64,000 nt of DNA from Eledone cirrhosa (taxonomy: Eukaryota). Below the pieces are notes generated by a model. That model was not told the origin of the DNA. It worked only from the letters and a program-made list of their open reading frames with translations, and made no database searches. Below, piece by piece: positions 26,886 to 41,444 of this stretch. The stretch is from NCBI GenBank assembly GCA_964016885.1, contig OZ024740.1, forward strand, positions 20,832,001-20,896,000. The letters run 5' to 3'. The translations under genes and the position numbers were made by a program. Position 1 is the first letter of the stretch; the number at the start of each line of letters is the position of its first letter.

Positions 26886-27111
26886 AATAATAATGTCGAA
26901 CAATTTGAAGGGAGGGGAAAGTCGATTAAATCGACCCCAGTGTATACTGATATTTTATTTTATTGACTCCATAAGGATGAAAAACAAAGCTAACCTCGGC
27001 GGAATGTGGATTCAGAATGTAAAGGGCCGTAACTCTATGCTGAAAAGCATATTGTCTATTGGGTAAAGAACCTTAAAATCGAAGATAATGTTGTCAGCGA
27101 CCAATAATAAT

Positions 27112-27610
27112 TTCTTTATTTGCCACAAGTGTACACAGATAATAAGCAGGGTACAAGGACAAAATACAAACACCGTGTATTTGGTCCCATGGTCGTGTAA
27201 AAATAAAGTAACTACGATAATGGGTAACAAAATATAATGAAAAATCTCAAACAAGGGGAAGTGGTTAGCTTTCTTGGGTCAAACATAGAAAGGCCTCAAA
27301 ACCTGATCATCAATGGCAGGTGTCATCTCTTTACTTACATGAGCATGTCCAGGTAATGCCCACCCGAGCTATGTTCGCAACTGTAATCTTCCTTTCAAGA
27401 AATTTACTGGAGGGCAGTACTGCCATCTCCACCTTTACTTTCCTCTCTAGAAGGAATTCGAAGAAGTTGATGAGGACTTAACTAAAGAAGAATGAGTCTG
27501 TCATCTGTAGTTTCATTCTTGTTCACCATTTCTTTTGTCATGATCGACAGAGGGAAACAGTTTGAGGGGAGTGGCGAGATGATCCTCAGCAAGATACAAC
27601 CTACCACGGA
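27112..27610 (-). mobile_element. Old degenerate Tx1-clade 3' fragment
   Basis: tttctttatttgccacaag 3' end next to aataataat; aagttgatgaggac... resembles 21200-21270. Confidence 0.55.
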
Positions 27611-27829
27611 GAAGTCTTTACGAGGTCATTTAACCTGCTAAAAATAGCAACTAAATCTCCTTTAAATCACTTCCTACATTCCTAGGAATGGGAGGGCACA
27701 CGTTTATTACTGTAGTCCTTGATAGAACCTTACAAAGACGAGATTGACTTGGCTAGAATTCTTTTGGTCCTAGTTCTGCTTTATCAGAGTTGACCAGCTA
27801 CTAAACAACAACAACAACAACAGCTGCAA

Positions 27830-28072
27830 CGATGACGACGACGAAGACGAAGACGACGATGACGGCGATGACGGCGATGACGATGACGGCGATGACCGCG
27901 ATGGCGATGACGACGATGACGGCAATGACGGCGATGACGATGACGGCGATGACGGCGATGACGATGACGGCGATGACGATGACGACGATGACGGCGATGA
28001 CGATGACGGCGATGACGGCGATGACGATGACGACGATGACGGCGATGACGAGCACGACGAGCACGATGATGA
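27830..28072. repeat. (GAC/GAT/GGC)n trinucleotide low-complexity tract
   Basis: Direct inspection. Confidence 0.9.
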
Positions 28073-28418
28073 AAATTCATGATTTTTTAGAGATAAACTT
28101 GATACTTGTTCTCTTTACGTCTAGGTCACTCCGCTATCATACCATATACAGATCACTTTGACCCACCTTAATGTCGGTCAAACTTACAGGTAGAGCACGT
28201 GGCCTAGTGTCTACCTTCTTGGGTCCACAAAAGGTTGTGTGTTCACTTCCAGAGCTGGTGACTTGTGTCCAAGAGTAATACACTTCGTTTTACGTTAATC
28301 TAGTCAACTCAACTGCAGCAACAACCGACTGGGCTTGAGACAGGTTTTAACATTTAACACTGATCCAGTTTCCTGAGCCAGCTTACACATAATTTCAATT
28401 ATTCTCGATAACGCTATA

Positions 28419-28632
28419 GTGAAGGCGCGTGGCTGAGTGGAAAGAAAATTGGATTCACAATCGTGAGGTTGTAAGTTCGATTCCTGGACAGGGTGATGCG
28501 TTATGTCCTTTCACTTTATTTCACGTTATTCCTTTCACCTGGCGTTGCGACCATTAGAAAGTAATAACAATTACTGGAAAGACCAACAGAAACATTGTTT
28601 CCTCGGTCCGATTTGACGAAAGTCGATCGACT
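28419..28632 (+). mobile_element. tRNA-derived SINE, second family
   Basis: tggctgagtgg A-box and gttcgattcc B-box; 3' part acattgtttcctcggtccgatttgacgaaagtcg; matches 52995-53210 (-). Confidence 0.75.
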
Positions 28633-31600
28633 ATATATATAAGGCTATAGGATATGAGAAGGGCAATGATGACTATTTCGCTCACTGTATTGATGTGGAA
28701 ACATAATTGAGGCTGTAGAGTGCCGAATTAAATAGATTAAGGTATAAGATGTCATTCTCTATTGTCTACTCGAGGTGTTGTCTGTGAGTGGGTATGCAGC
28801 CAGGCCCTGGATCATATATTCAAATCGCGCCGAGGTCAAATTTGCCCTTTATCCTTGCAGTGTCCCTAAAATTACCGACCTAGTGGTTGATACAATTGTT
28901 AAATCATAGGATATGATGCCTTGCTGCATGTTTGCCAACTTTTTGTGTTCTGAGTTCAAAACTGCTAACCCGGGTTTTTCTCTTTCTCACTCCTTACACA
29001 CATCATAAAACATCGAATTATCGATTGATGTTGAAGCTAAACTGTATCAGCACATTAATAATATAAGGGGGAGTCTGCTAACGGAATTATAATAGCTTTG
29101 GGTACTGTAATTTGGGCACAGCACCTCATAAAATGATTTAATCTCAACCCCAAATAAAATATTTCAGAAAACTGAGCGAGAATTGAAACTGTTAGTTCAG
29201 GACTTCATAAAGCAATTAACTTGTTTATGGTAAAACATTGAATACTAGGAAACTAGTAAGAGTCTGTGTTGAGAACTGTGTGTAATAAAATCTAAATATA
29301 GTTTGTATGAGTCAATAAGTTTGTACTATTTAAATAACAGTCTGCTCATATAGAAATGTATTAGCTGTTGTGATAAGACAGAAAGCTGTTAGTACTTAAA
29401 AATATATAACAATATATTAAAATATTGCTTATATTAAAATATCTCAGGTATAGGATTTGGCTGCTATTTCTAGTAAGTCGAGTGACCACTTAGAGACACT
29501 CCTCGCTGGCTCAAGAAATCTGGAGTACATTTCCAAAGTACGCCCCTTGTTAAAACAGATCTGGTTACAGAAGTGAACGCTATTGTTTAGTTATAACGCT
29601 ATAGGTTATAACGCTATTGATTGTTACAACAATCTCCCTCCACATAAATATCTTAGTCAAGAGAATTGGAGACAAATCTACTGTTGTACTAAACGATGTC
29701 ATTTATATTGTCTACGTAGCAGTTCACATAGAAAGGTCTTCTTAACTTGTGTGGCTAGAAAGAGTTATAGTGTTAAAACAATATCTAGTATCTAATTGGA
29801 AGCTACAAACGAGGGTCTGTATCGGTAACAATGGTAATAAAGTCAAAAGAATGCTTGTATGAAAGTCTCAATATATTTGGCTGCCGTTTGGTGTGGAAAG
29901 GTTTGAATGTTTCAAGCATGAGACTTTTACTGGATCCGTTTCTTAAGAGAGCGAGAGGTATGAGAGATAGGGACGGAGAAAGAGTGAGAGGAAGATAGGG
30001 AGATAGAGAGGGGGGGAATAAAGGGTGTGAGAGGGAGAGAGGGAATATAAAGAGTGTGAGAGGGAGAGAGAGGGAAAGAGAGGGTGAGAGAGAGAGAGAG
30101 AAAATCGAGTTTACACTACTGGACTGGTATTTCTTATTGACCACGGTGTGATTTGAACCCAGAGAGTGCTGAGAGCCGCAACGGACACCGAAAAACTCTC
30201 TATCCGACCTTCTAACAAGTTTGACAATTCGCCACCCATAAAGTGGAATGATGTATTGAAATCTTCTAAACTTTTAGAGTTATACTTATGTCAGGGTTGT
30301 AGTTTCTGCTGGGTGGAAACAACATACGCCATTGGACGTTATTTTACATGTAAAAATAATTCTTCAAATGTTTAAGCATCACTGGACTGATTTTACGGGC
30401 AAAACCAAACGACAGGAGACCCAAGGGTTGACCATGAGCAAGATGGTTGGATAATATCCTTGAGCTTGGCTGGTCTCGCTTGGGGATCCAGCCGGCTCAG
30501 TTGGAGGCGGTTACTTCTGACAGGACCCGCTGGAAGGAGTGTTTGAGGGCTCTGACCGCACGATCTTCTCAGGATTAAGTAGGCAAAGAAGAAGAAGAAT
30601 GCTTAAGTAATTACTCACTTTAGTGTAAGAAGGGTGTGTCTGCTGGGTAGATAGAGAGAGATGGGGGTTGATGCGTCAACTACTGTTTGCGGTAGTTGTT
30701 GTGGTAGTCGTTGTTGGGATAGTGACATAGTTTTAATAGTAATATAATATTATATAATATTGTTGAGAAGTATAGTTTATTAGGTAGTTTTGGTGTACTT
30801 ATTTGACACTGGTTGGTCGGGGGAGGGTTATATATCATATACTAGCTGCATAAAACTGATATAAGAATGTGTTTTATTGCATTCTTAACAAACAAACGTA
30901 TACACACAGACACTTGATGGATAATCCATCGGTTTCGACGAGGAGCGTTTAGTTGTTCAATTAACTGAACTACTTTCTCATTGAATTAACGTGCCGTCGA
31001 TAGTTAAGAATTTCACAGGCACGTGTATCGTTAATATCGGTGGATTGACAGAATTGGTAGAGCATCGGACGTGCTGTATAGCATAATGTTACGCCCCTTT
31101 ACAATCTGACTTCAAACCCTGTCGAGGTTAGCTTTGCCTTTCATCCTTACGGGGTCGGTAATATAAGTACCAGTAATGCACTGGAGTCGATTTAATCGAC
31201 TTTCTCCACTCCCCCCTAAATTGCTGGCCTTGTGCCTAAATCAGAAAGCACTATAATCCCCAGACAGAACTATTATGATACACTGGCAGAGTAGTATATA
31301 GTTGACAGATAACGGAAATCCGACAGGCTTTTACAAAGTTGACCCGGTTTCACTGACGGGGCCTGGGGCCAACTGGGGATACGGTAACAACAAAATCACT
31401 TGTATAATATACCATGTTGTGGGATCACATTCGTACTTTATACCTAATTCCTAGTCACTTCACCTTCTATACGTCCACTATATATATATATGTGTATGTA
31501 TGTCTATATGTATGTACGTGTGTATATATGTATGCTTGTATGTATGCATGTACGAATGTATGTATGTGTATACGTTTCTTTTTCTCTTAATTTCGAGTAT

Positions 31601-31699
31601 ATTTTTGACTGGCCACCTTTCTGGTGACAAGGTTGTAAAAGAAAAGAAATTGTCATCGTTTGTATGTATGTGTGTATGTATGTGTGTATGTATGTATGT

Positions 31700-34600
31700 T
31701 ATCTCTTTCTCTTAATTTCGAGTATATTTTTTTGACCGGCCACCTTCCTGGTGGCAAGGTTGTAAACGAAAAGAAATTGTCATCCCTTGAATCGCAAGAA
31801 TGTTTTGCAAATTTTGAAGGTGCCAGCTATCGCAGCCATTTGTAATCTATGAATTAGGGAGCTGCGCTTTTTGTCCGCAAATCCAAGTTCAGTCATACTT
31901 TAGTCCAAGCGGGTTGGTATATAACCCGTAGCTCCAATAATGATGGGTATGAAGCTAAAGGTGTATCTTGGATACTGGATTTGTAAACTCCTCATCAATG
32001 GTCCGTAGATGTTCTCCTTCTCCTGTATTTTTCTGACAACGTTTACATCAAGTGGGCAGCTGATCTCCACAACAGAACACGTTTTCAATGTGTGGTCCCA
32101 AACAACAATATCAGGCCGGTTGTGCTTTAATTTGGTGGCAGTTTTTATTTTCAGGTTCCACCAGTATTCCTTAGTGCCATCTGTCTCAATATATTCTTCC
32201 TCGTTTGTTGTTAATTTTGTTTTCCCGTTCCAGATGGTTCTAGCTATCCCATCGTGTCTCATGGGGAGGTAGTAGCGAGATGACATTCTTTCGCAACTGG
32301 CAACAATGTGGCTTACATCCTCGATCTTTGTTTCACATAGCCTACATTTATTGTCAGCTGCTGGCCCTCCCCTTTTGTGCAGCAGATATTTGGTAGGGAG
32401 TTCTTGTTCCTGTATTGCATAGAGATATCCCTCAAGGTGGGATGTCATAAACTTGTCGGAACTCCATGCCAGGCTTTTTGAGTGGTTTATCCCCTCTATG
32501 GTCTGTGTTTTACGTCTCAAGTATCCATGCACAACTTTTTCTGTAAATTGGTCAATTTTTTCATCTTGTTTGAACATTGAATAGGATCTTCTGATTTCTC
32601 TGGGTGAGAGATTTACATCAGGCTTTATTCCATATCTCTCCTCCAGATCAGTCGCTATTCTAATGATATTTTTTTTTCATGCTCATAAACCTGGGCAAGA
32701 TGGTTGCCAACCTTTTTCCTCTGTTGAAGGTGTTGCTTCAGTGTTACTATCCGGATCTCAAATGTTGTTAATATGGATTTTAGACCCCGGCCACCTTCCT
32801 TGCGTGAGAAGTATAGCCTATCCACATCACCATTGATGTTAAAGTTCCCAGTAACACTGAGAAGTTTGCGAGTTCTAACATCCATCTCACTTAGTTCTTG
32901 CAATGACTAGTTCAGCAGGCCAAATGTTGGCGTTAGAATTGGCACAGCATAAGTATTGTGGGCTATGTATTTGTTGTACGCTGACAGTTCTGATGACCAT
33001 ATTTTCTTTACTCTTCTGAGGTATTCAGTTCTGGTTCTCTCCTTATTTATGGGTCCATCATATCTGAAATTCTCATCCTGTCCAAGATATCTGTAGTTGT
33101 CACCTGACTGTAGAGGTTGTATTGTCAGGCCGTTAAACTCTAGATTTCTAGACGAGGGCACAGCTCTTCCACGTTTTACTGCCAAATATGCACACTTGGC
33201 CTCACCAAATTTCATTTTGATGTCTGTTGAAAATTGTGTAATGAGGTCCAATTGTTTCTTGATGTAATTGATATTTGGCCCATACAACTTCATGTCATCA
33301 ACAAAGAAAAGATGGGAGATACTTCTGGACCCACTTCTTTGTCCACCTTGTTTCCTGAGTAGGTAAGATAGTGGATTTAGTGAGAGAACGAAGAGTAGCA
33401 CTGACAAGCTATCACCCTGAAAGATGCCCTTCTGGTAATGTATGTTATCAGTCTTAACTTGCTCCTTCTCACCTCTAAGGATCAAATTGGTGTACCAGTT
33501 CTTGGTCAGGCGTTCAACAGCTGCTACCAATGGTTGTGGGACTTTGGCTAACTGTAAAGCCTTAATAATCCACCCATGAGGTACACTATCAAATGCTTTT
33601 TGATAGTCCAGCCACACCACAGTCATGTTTCTGCGATTCTTTGTTGTTTTTTCCTGAATCATTTTATTAGTTAGTAAGTGATCTATGCAACCCCACACCT
33701 CCCTCTTTCCACCAGCTTGTTCAGGTGTTATGATGTTGTTGGTAGCACAGTGATCCTGTAAGAACAGGTTAAGGCACCCAGTATATAATTTATACATGAT
33801 GTTTTGGCAGGGTATTGGGCGGTAATTTTTAGCAAGGGTGGTTTGGCTATTTGGGGGAATGAGGAGAGTAGTGGCAGTTGATAACCATCTGGGCAGTTCT
33901 GGTGATTTCCTATTCGACATTTTCTGTAGAGCTGTTTCCAGTATTGACCCAGCTATGTCATATTGTTTTGTCTGGACATGTTGCCAGTAGTCCTGTTCCA
34001 GTTCCTTTAGCCAATTAGTTTGTCTGTTAAATCCGTCACCCGTTTCCCATACAGATCGCCAGTAGCTCTCAACCTGTTCTTTTGAAGGGGTGTCATTTAC
34101 AGGGATTGAGCTTTTGACACCGAAGCTGCGATAAACTGATTTAGGTTCTCTGGCAAACAATGTATTTAGCACTAGTCGTTTATGTGCTGTTGACTTATAT
34201 TTTAGTCTTTCTGTTGTAGCTGTGAGTTGTTGTTTCAACTGGTGTAATTTGGAGTTCAAAGTTTTATATTTTGTATCTCAAAATCGTCTCTCTAACTTTT
34301 TTTTAGGTCTTCCTGGTGTCGTGTGAAGTTGCTCTCTATGTTGCATTTCATAACGACTGCGATGTGTGAGATACTTCGTCTCAGGGACAACATTTTTGCT
34401 TTTTAAATTTCGCATCCACGCTGGTTCAGGCTTTTTGTTTGTATCTTGATTATGTGGTTTTAGATGTGTGTTATATGATAGCAATGTGACAGCTGAAACA
34501 TATAACAAAATATTAAGCGTTTCAAATGTCGTTTCTACACCTTTAGATCGTATAGCCTTCAGATAATTGCCAGCTATTTCGTTCACAGCTTCCAATTCCA

Positions 34601-34770
34601 ATTTAGTGGGTTCTTTACTGATTCTGGTGTTGTATGGTCTGTCACTCACATTAAGGCTGTGTATCTCTTGAAACATATCGTCCCATATCACTTGTAAGGT
34701 GTCCACAAGAGTCATGAATTTCAGCCTCGTTGTTGATGTGGTGACAATTACTACTAGGGTGACAATTACT
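31700..34770 (-). mobile_element. R4/Dong-like RLE non-LTR retrotransposon (degenerate)
   Basis: RT (WLDYQKAFDSV, GIFQGDSLS, LFFVDD), CRLC-H-C finger and NRPDIVVWD...E restriction-like endonuclease; ends in (TACA)n; an extra 3'-end copy lies at 31575-31657. Confidence 0.85.
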
Positions 34771-34845
34771 ACTATGTATGTATGTATGTATGTATGTATG
34801 TATGTATGTATGTATGTATGTATGTATGTATGTATGTATGTATCT

Positions 34846-35400
34846 CATGGTCGGGTCGTTGGCGACTAAACTGGCAACCGCACCAAGGTTTCTTGGTGAG
34901 GAGGGTGACTTTGGACATCCTACAGGACTAAAAACAAAACCTGTCAAAGGGCAAAGGACCTCTTAAGAGTCAATGGCCATCCAAAATCACCAGGAGAGAT
35001 GACCCCTTAGCCTTTGTCAAGGCAGAATTCTAGGAGAAGGAAAACTCTGATATAACACCTGCAACTCTGATGGTATCCAATGATGTTGACTTGTTCTTCT
35101 TTTTGGTAAATATCATCTTGGTTAAGAGAGTGGGACTGGCTTTGTGCAGTGCCTTTGCTCACTATAAAAGCTTCACGGCACAGGCATTGCTTTATATCTG
35201 GAGATCTCTCTGCACTTGTCGTCACATGGTACCATGGGCCCAGCACTATGTCAATAATTGTCACAAGTGTAGTGTTTGTACCAGAGTTTTCAAGTCGCTG
35301 GCTGGACTAAAATGTCACACTCGTTCAGCGCATAGGTAGGAGTTCTCCTACATGGATATAAAGTAGTGGCCGTACTCGAACACGAGTTGGCAGTCACCAT
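34846..35400 (+). mobile_element. ~550-bp non-autonomous RTE-like retroposon in (ATGT)n
   Basis: Second copy of 10566-11120; (ATGT)n on both sides. Confidence 0.7.
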
Positions 35401-35585
35401 GTATGTATGTATGTATGTATGTATGTATGTATGTATGTATGTATGTATGTATGTATGTATGTATGTATGTATGTATGTTTGTATGTATGTATGTATGTAT
35501 GTATGTGTGTGTGTATGTATGTATGTATGTATGTATGTATGTATGTATGTATGTATGTATGTATGTATGTATGTATGTATGTATG

Positions 35586-37348
35586 TTCTGGTTTTATAAT
35601 TTCACAAAGTTTTCCCAATAGAGAGAGAGAGTCGGTTTCTAACATAGACACAAGACTCTCTCATTGGAATTTACACAACATCAACTAGGTAGATATGTAT
35701 GTATGCATGCATGTGTAGATATGGATGTTATTGTATGTGCGGATGTGGATGTTTTGAGTTGTATCTGTGCATGTGTATATGCTTTGCATCTGTATATGTG
35801 TATATGCAGTTATTTGATGCAAAATATTTGGAATGTTTTACATATTTTTACTGTTCCATTAATGGATTGTACTTGTAATTTCCTAACTAGTTGTGTTCTT
35901 TCTGTTCCTGTGAAGCCTAGCTTCTCAAGATTTGTATTGAGGCAGTTACTAACATATCACAGGCATAAATCTGAAGGTGTAATCAGGGTGGAGTATCTGC
36001 AGATTTCTCATCAGTTCTGCATAAATATTCTCCTTTCCACTAATCTTTGATATTATATTGGCATCTGCTGGGCAGCTAATTTCCACTACTGTGCATGTTT
36101 TCTTCTCCTTGTCCCATATCATAATATCTGGTCTGTTATGTCTGCATTTTATTTGGGATTTTACTGGAACATTCCACCAGTACTCTTTCATATTATGTAC
36201 ATGGATGTCTTCCACATTTTTGTAGCTTTTAATGTGTTTATTATCGGGGCTATCTTTTTTACGAACTGCATTGTACAGTGTTTTGGCCACTACATCTTGC
36301 CTCATAGGTAGATAGTACCGCGATGACATCTTTGGACAGCTGCTGATGACATGGGTGATATCCTCGATGTTAGTTCTGCAGAGTCTGCACTTGTTATCAC
36401 ATCTAGGTGTTTTGCCTGCATCCCTATCTCTTTTGTGAATCAAGTATTTCGTGTTAATTTCCTGTTCTTGGATTGCAAAAGCGTATCCTTCAAAGTGGGA
36501 GCCAATATAGCGGTTGTTGGTCCAAGATAGACTACTTTCCGTATCTATATTACTCTCACTTTAGAGCTTCCTGGCAACATACCCATGCATGATCTTTTGC
36601 TGATAAGCATGCAGTTTTTCATCCATGGATTCACTGCGATACTGTTGAGCGACATCCCTGAGTGTGAGTTTTTTATTATCACATAGGGAATATATCTCGA
36701 GTTCCTTCCCAACTCTCATGATCTTATCTGTTTCATGCAGATAGACTTGCTCGAGAGATGGGCTCCTACGCTTGGAGGTTCGTAGATGTTGTCGGAGAGT
36801 TATGATGCGACATTCAAATGTTGTCTGGACTGATGTTAGGCCTCTGCCTCCCTGCTTACGTTTCAAGTAAAGGCGGTCTATGTCACTGTTGATGTGGAAG
36901 TTTCCGGTGTTGTTTAGTATTTTTCGAGTTCCAACATCAACTGCTCGGATTTCGTCTATCGTACAATTGAGTATTCCAAACGTTGGTGTTAGGACAGGCA
37001 CAGCAAACACATTCTGAGCCACTGTTTTGTTTTGCGCAGAGAGTTCCGATGACCAGACCTTTCTTAATCGGGTAAAGTATTCCCTAGTTACGCGTTCCTT
37101 ATTACAGATACCATTATAGGATATGTTCTCATCTATCCCCAGGTATCTGTACAGTCCTCATCAGATATCGGTGAAACAGTTAGGCCATTTATGACAATGT
37201 TGCTAGATTGGGTTGTTGTTTTTCCCCGCTTTACAGTCATGTATGAGCATTTATCTTGGCCAAACTCCATTCCTATATCCTTTGAGAACGTTGTAACCAG
37301 GTCAAGATTTTTCTTCATCCTATCCATGTTCTTGGCATAGAGTTTCAG
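35586..37348 (-). mobile_element. 5'-truncated R4/Dong-like RLE LINE
   Basis: RT C-terminal part, CRLC finger, HNRPDIMIWD; flanked by (TACA)n-like repeats. Confidence 0.85.
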
Positions 37349-37404
37349 TATGTATCTATGTATGTGTGTATGTATGTATATATGTATGTATATATGAATG
37401 TATG

Positions 37405-40400
37405 TTCTTCTAGTTTTATAATTTCACAAATTTTTTCCCAATAGAGAGTGAGAGAGTCGGTTTCTAGCATAGACACAAGACTCTCTCATTGGAATTTACA
37501 CAACATCAACTAGGTAGATTATGTATGCATGCATGTGTAGATATGGATGTTATTGTATGTGTGGATGTGGATGTTTTGAGTTGTATCTGTGCATGTGTAT
37601 ATGCTTTGTATCTGTACATGTGTATATTCAGTTATTAGATGCAATGATTTTGGAATGTTTTACATATTTTTAGTTCCATTAATGGATTGTACTTGTAATT
37701 TCCTAACTAGTTGTGTTCTTTCTGTTCCTGTGAAGCGTAGCTTCTCAAGATTTGTATTGAGGCAGTTACTAACATACCCCAGTGCCCCAATAATCACAGG
37801 CATAAATCTGAAGGTGTAATCAGGGTGGAGTATCTGCAGATTTCTCATCAGTTCTGCATAAATATTCTTCTTTTCACTAATTTTTGATATTATATTGGCA
37901 TCTGCTGGGCAGCTAATTTCCACAACTGTGCATGCCTTCTTCTCCCTGTACCATATCATAATAGCTAGTCTGTTATGCCTGAATTTTATTGGGTTTTTTG
38001 CTGGAACATTCCACCAGTACTCTTTCATATTATGTACATGGATGTCTTCCACATTGCTGTAGCTTTTAATATGTTTATTATCGGGGCTATCTTTTCTACG
38101 GATTGCATTGTACAGTGTTTTGGCCACTACATCATGCCTCATAGGTAGATAGTACCGCGATGACATCTTTGGATAGCTGCTGATGACATGGGTGATATCT
38201 TTGATGTTAGTTCTGCAGAGTCTGCACTTGTTATCACATCTAGGTGTTTTGCCTGCATCCCTATCTCTTTTGTGAATCAAGTATTTCGTGTTAATTTCCT
38301 GTTCTTGGATTGCAAAAGCGTATCCTTCAAAGTGGGAGCCAATATAGCGGTTGTTGGTCCAAGATAGACTTCTTTCCGTATCTATATTACTCTCACTTTG
38401 GAGCTTCCTGGCAACATACCCATGCATGATTTTTTGCTGATAGGCATGCAGTTTTTCATCCATGGATTCACTGCGATACTGCTGAGCGACATCCTTGGGT
38501 GTGAGTTTTTGATTATCACACAGGGAATACCTCTCGAGGAGTTCCTTCCCAACTCTCATGATCTTATCTGTTTCATGCAGATAGACTTGCTCGAGAGACG
38601 GGCTCCTACGCTTCGAGTTTCGTAGATGTTGTCGGAGGGATACGATGTGACATTCAAATGTTGTCTGGACTGATGTTAGGCCTCTGCCTCCCTGCTTACG
38701 TTTCAAGTAAAGGCGGTCTATGTCACTGTTGATGTGGAAGTTTCCGGTGTTGTTTAGTATTTTTCGAGTTCCAACATCAACTGATCGGATTTCGTCTATC
38801 GTCCAATTGAGTATTCCAAACGTTGGTGTTAGGACAGGCACAGCAAACACATTCTGAGCCACTGTTTTGTTTTGCGCAGAGAGTTCCGATGACCAAATCT
38901 TTCTTAATCGGGTGTAGTATTCCCTGGTTCACTCAGACTCAGAAGCTCCCGCGTCTTGCGACGCATGAGGCAATCACAGTGTTCCACCGCGTTCGGTCAG
39001 CAGCCAGTTGCACAGCTTCCCGCCATTGTCTGTTCGTCGCTCGCAGGTCCCTCTCAACTGTCTGGCGCCAGTTCATTTTGGGTCGCCCACTCCGCCTGCT
39101 TCCCTGTGGGTTCCATTTAAGTACTTGGTTCGCCAGTCTCTCCGGGGTAAGTCTCAAAGCGTGCCCAAACAAACCCAGGCGTCGCTTGCAGATGGCAGAA
39201 GAGACTAGCTGCTGGTTGGTGCGGTTCCTGACTTCCTGGTTTGTTACATGGTCACTCCATTTAATCCCCAGGATCTTTCGCAGACACCTGGAATCGAATG
39301 CGTCCAACTTCTTCTCTTGGCTTGTCTTAAGGTGCCATGTTTCACTTCCGTACAAGAGTGTGGACAGCACGTTGCTGTTGTAGAATCTCATCTTTGTTTT
39401 GAGGGTGAACTTCCTGCTCTTCCAGATCTTGACAAGCTGGTTAAATGCTGCTGAAGCCTTTCCCATTCTACATTGCAATTCACTGTCCATGGCGCCCCCA
39501 TTGTCAATGGAGTTTCCTAGGTAGGTGAAGTTGTCCACTATCTCCACCTCCCCCTGTTCAATGAAAACACTAGTTGGTGATGGGTGTGTCCCAGATAACA
39601 TGCTTTTGGTCTTCTTAGCACTGATATTGAGACCTAAGCTTCCTGCTTCGACATTGATATTGTTCATAATGATTTGCAGGTCAACTGTGCTCTCTGCAAG
39701 TGCAACAATATCGTCCGCAAAGTCCAGGTCAGACAACTTTTGCTCTCCCACCCAAGATATACCCTGGTCTTTAGACGCTCTTCTTAGTACCCAGTCAATG
39801 GCTATGGCAAAGAGAATTGGAGAGAGCGAGCAACCCTGACGCACACCAGTAACCACCTCAAACCAGTCACTGTAACCATCCTCTGTCCGTATGCAGCACT
39901 TGGAGTTTGCGTAAATCTGTTTGATTGCCGAAATGACTTTCTGGGGCAGACCATACTCATGCATGATGCTTCCCTGGTTACGCGTTCATTATTACAGATA
40001 CCATTATAGGATATGTTCTCATCTATCCCCAGGTATCTGTAGCAGTCCTCATCAGATATTATTTTGTTCTTCATATCTCTATAGACTGATGTTTGGTTTC
40101 GTCTGGATCTTTTATTAAGCACTTTTCTCTCATCTACCTTCTTCAGGTATCAGCGTTTTTCGCTAACAGCTCTCAATTCTTGTTTGAGGGCGATCAGCTT
40201 ATATTGAAGAGTTCTGGTTCTACTGTTGCCAAACATCGTCTCTATTTTATTTTTCACTTTTTGTTGGTGAGGAGTGAGGTTTTTTTGTGTTTGTTTGCAT
40301 GTAAGGAGCATTGTCACATATCCTATGGTTTTTCGTAGGTCAGCAATCTTTTTTTCTATTTTAGTTATATATGATGGTATTTTTGGTGGTGTTTTGTTCT

Positions 40401-40470
40401 TGTTAATATCTCTGCTATCACCAAGATAATGCTTCACTGTCGTTGCTAAGGCATATAAACAGGCGTTGAT
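37405..40470 (-). mobile_element. R4/Dong-like RLE LINE, same family as 35586-37348, interrupted by an RTE and internally deleted
   Basis: 400-aa ORF 37660-38862; resumes at 39970; jumps from RT C-terminal to N-terminal sequence near 40060. Confidence 0.85.
38930..39969 (-). mobile_element. 5'-truncated RTE-clade LINE with 10-bp target-site duplication
   Basis: Uninterrupted 341-aa RT C-half (GVRQGCSLSP, DLDFADD, LLYGSETW); tgagtctgagtg tail; ttccctggtt duplicated at 38920-38929 and 39970-39979. Confidence 0.92.
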
Positions 40471-41346
40471 TTTTCAAGAACGTACACAATACAATTACCG
40501 CCCCCCCCCCCGCTTATAAGAATTTAAACAACTGTCCACCCCACCCTGCTTATTCTACTCCCCTTATTATTTGGGATTCGAGAGAATACCTTTTTAAAGG
40601 TGTACTCTCGGGTATGCCGTAACGATTTTAGCCCTTAATAAAGTGTGTTGTGGATATGCATTAGCTGAAAAGTTCCAAGGCCTAGTTCTAGTTTTCTTTG
40701 TATCATGCGATATTGATAAAATGCGGTGGATTGGCAGTATCGGTTGAACGTCGGACACCCTGCTTCACGGCAGAGAGTTACGTCCCTTTACGTTCTGAGT
40801 TCAAATCGCACCGAGGTTAGTTTTGCCTTTCATCTTTACCGGGTCGATAAATAAAGTACCAGTAATGCACTAGCGTAGATTTAATCGACTTTCCCCTTCC
40901 CCCAACATTGTTGGCATGGTTTCTATAGTAGAAACGATATTGATAAAATATATCAATGTTTCATTGGATTTTTACTTGGCGTAACATTTCTAGCGATTCT
41001 TCGAGAACAAGGAATTGGATTGTCTTCTAGTGAAGGTCGTGTTAAATACCTTCTACCTTACACACTGTTGTAGAAACTGATAAATCAAATTCCGTTACGG
41101 CACATAAATATAAACTACATTATTATATAAGTCTCCGGTTATTCTTATAATCCCACATATTGTTGCAGCGACAGCCAGCTTTACAATTGTAATAATACTC
41201 TCTAACAATGTATGCCTTTGTATTCAAATAAATATTCACATAGTAAACCTATGTAAAATACTAACTAAAGCACATCACGTACTTTTAGTTTGTTTTATAG
41301 CCATCACGCCTAAGACCATGCTGGAGCACCTATGTATGTAAACATG

Positions 41347-41444
<98 letters not shown>

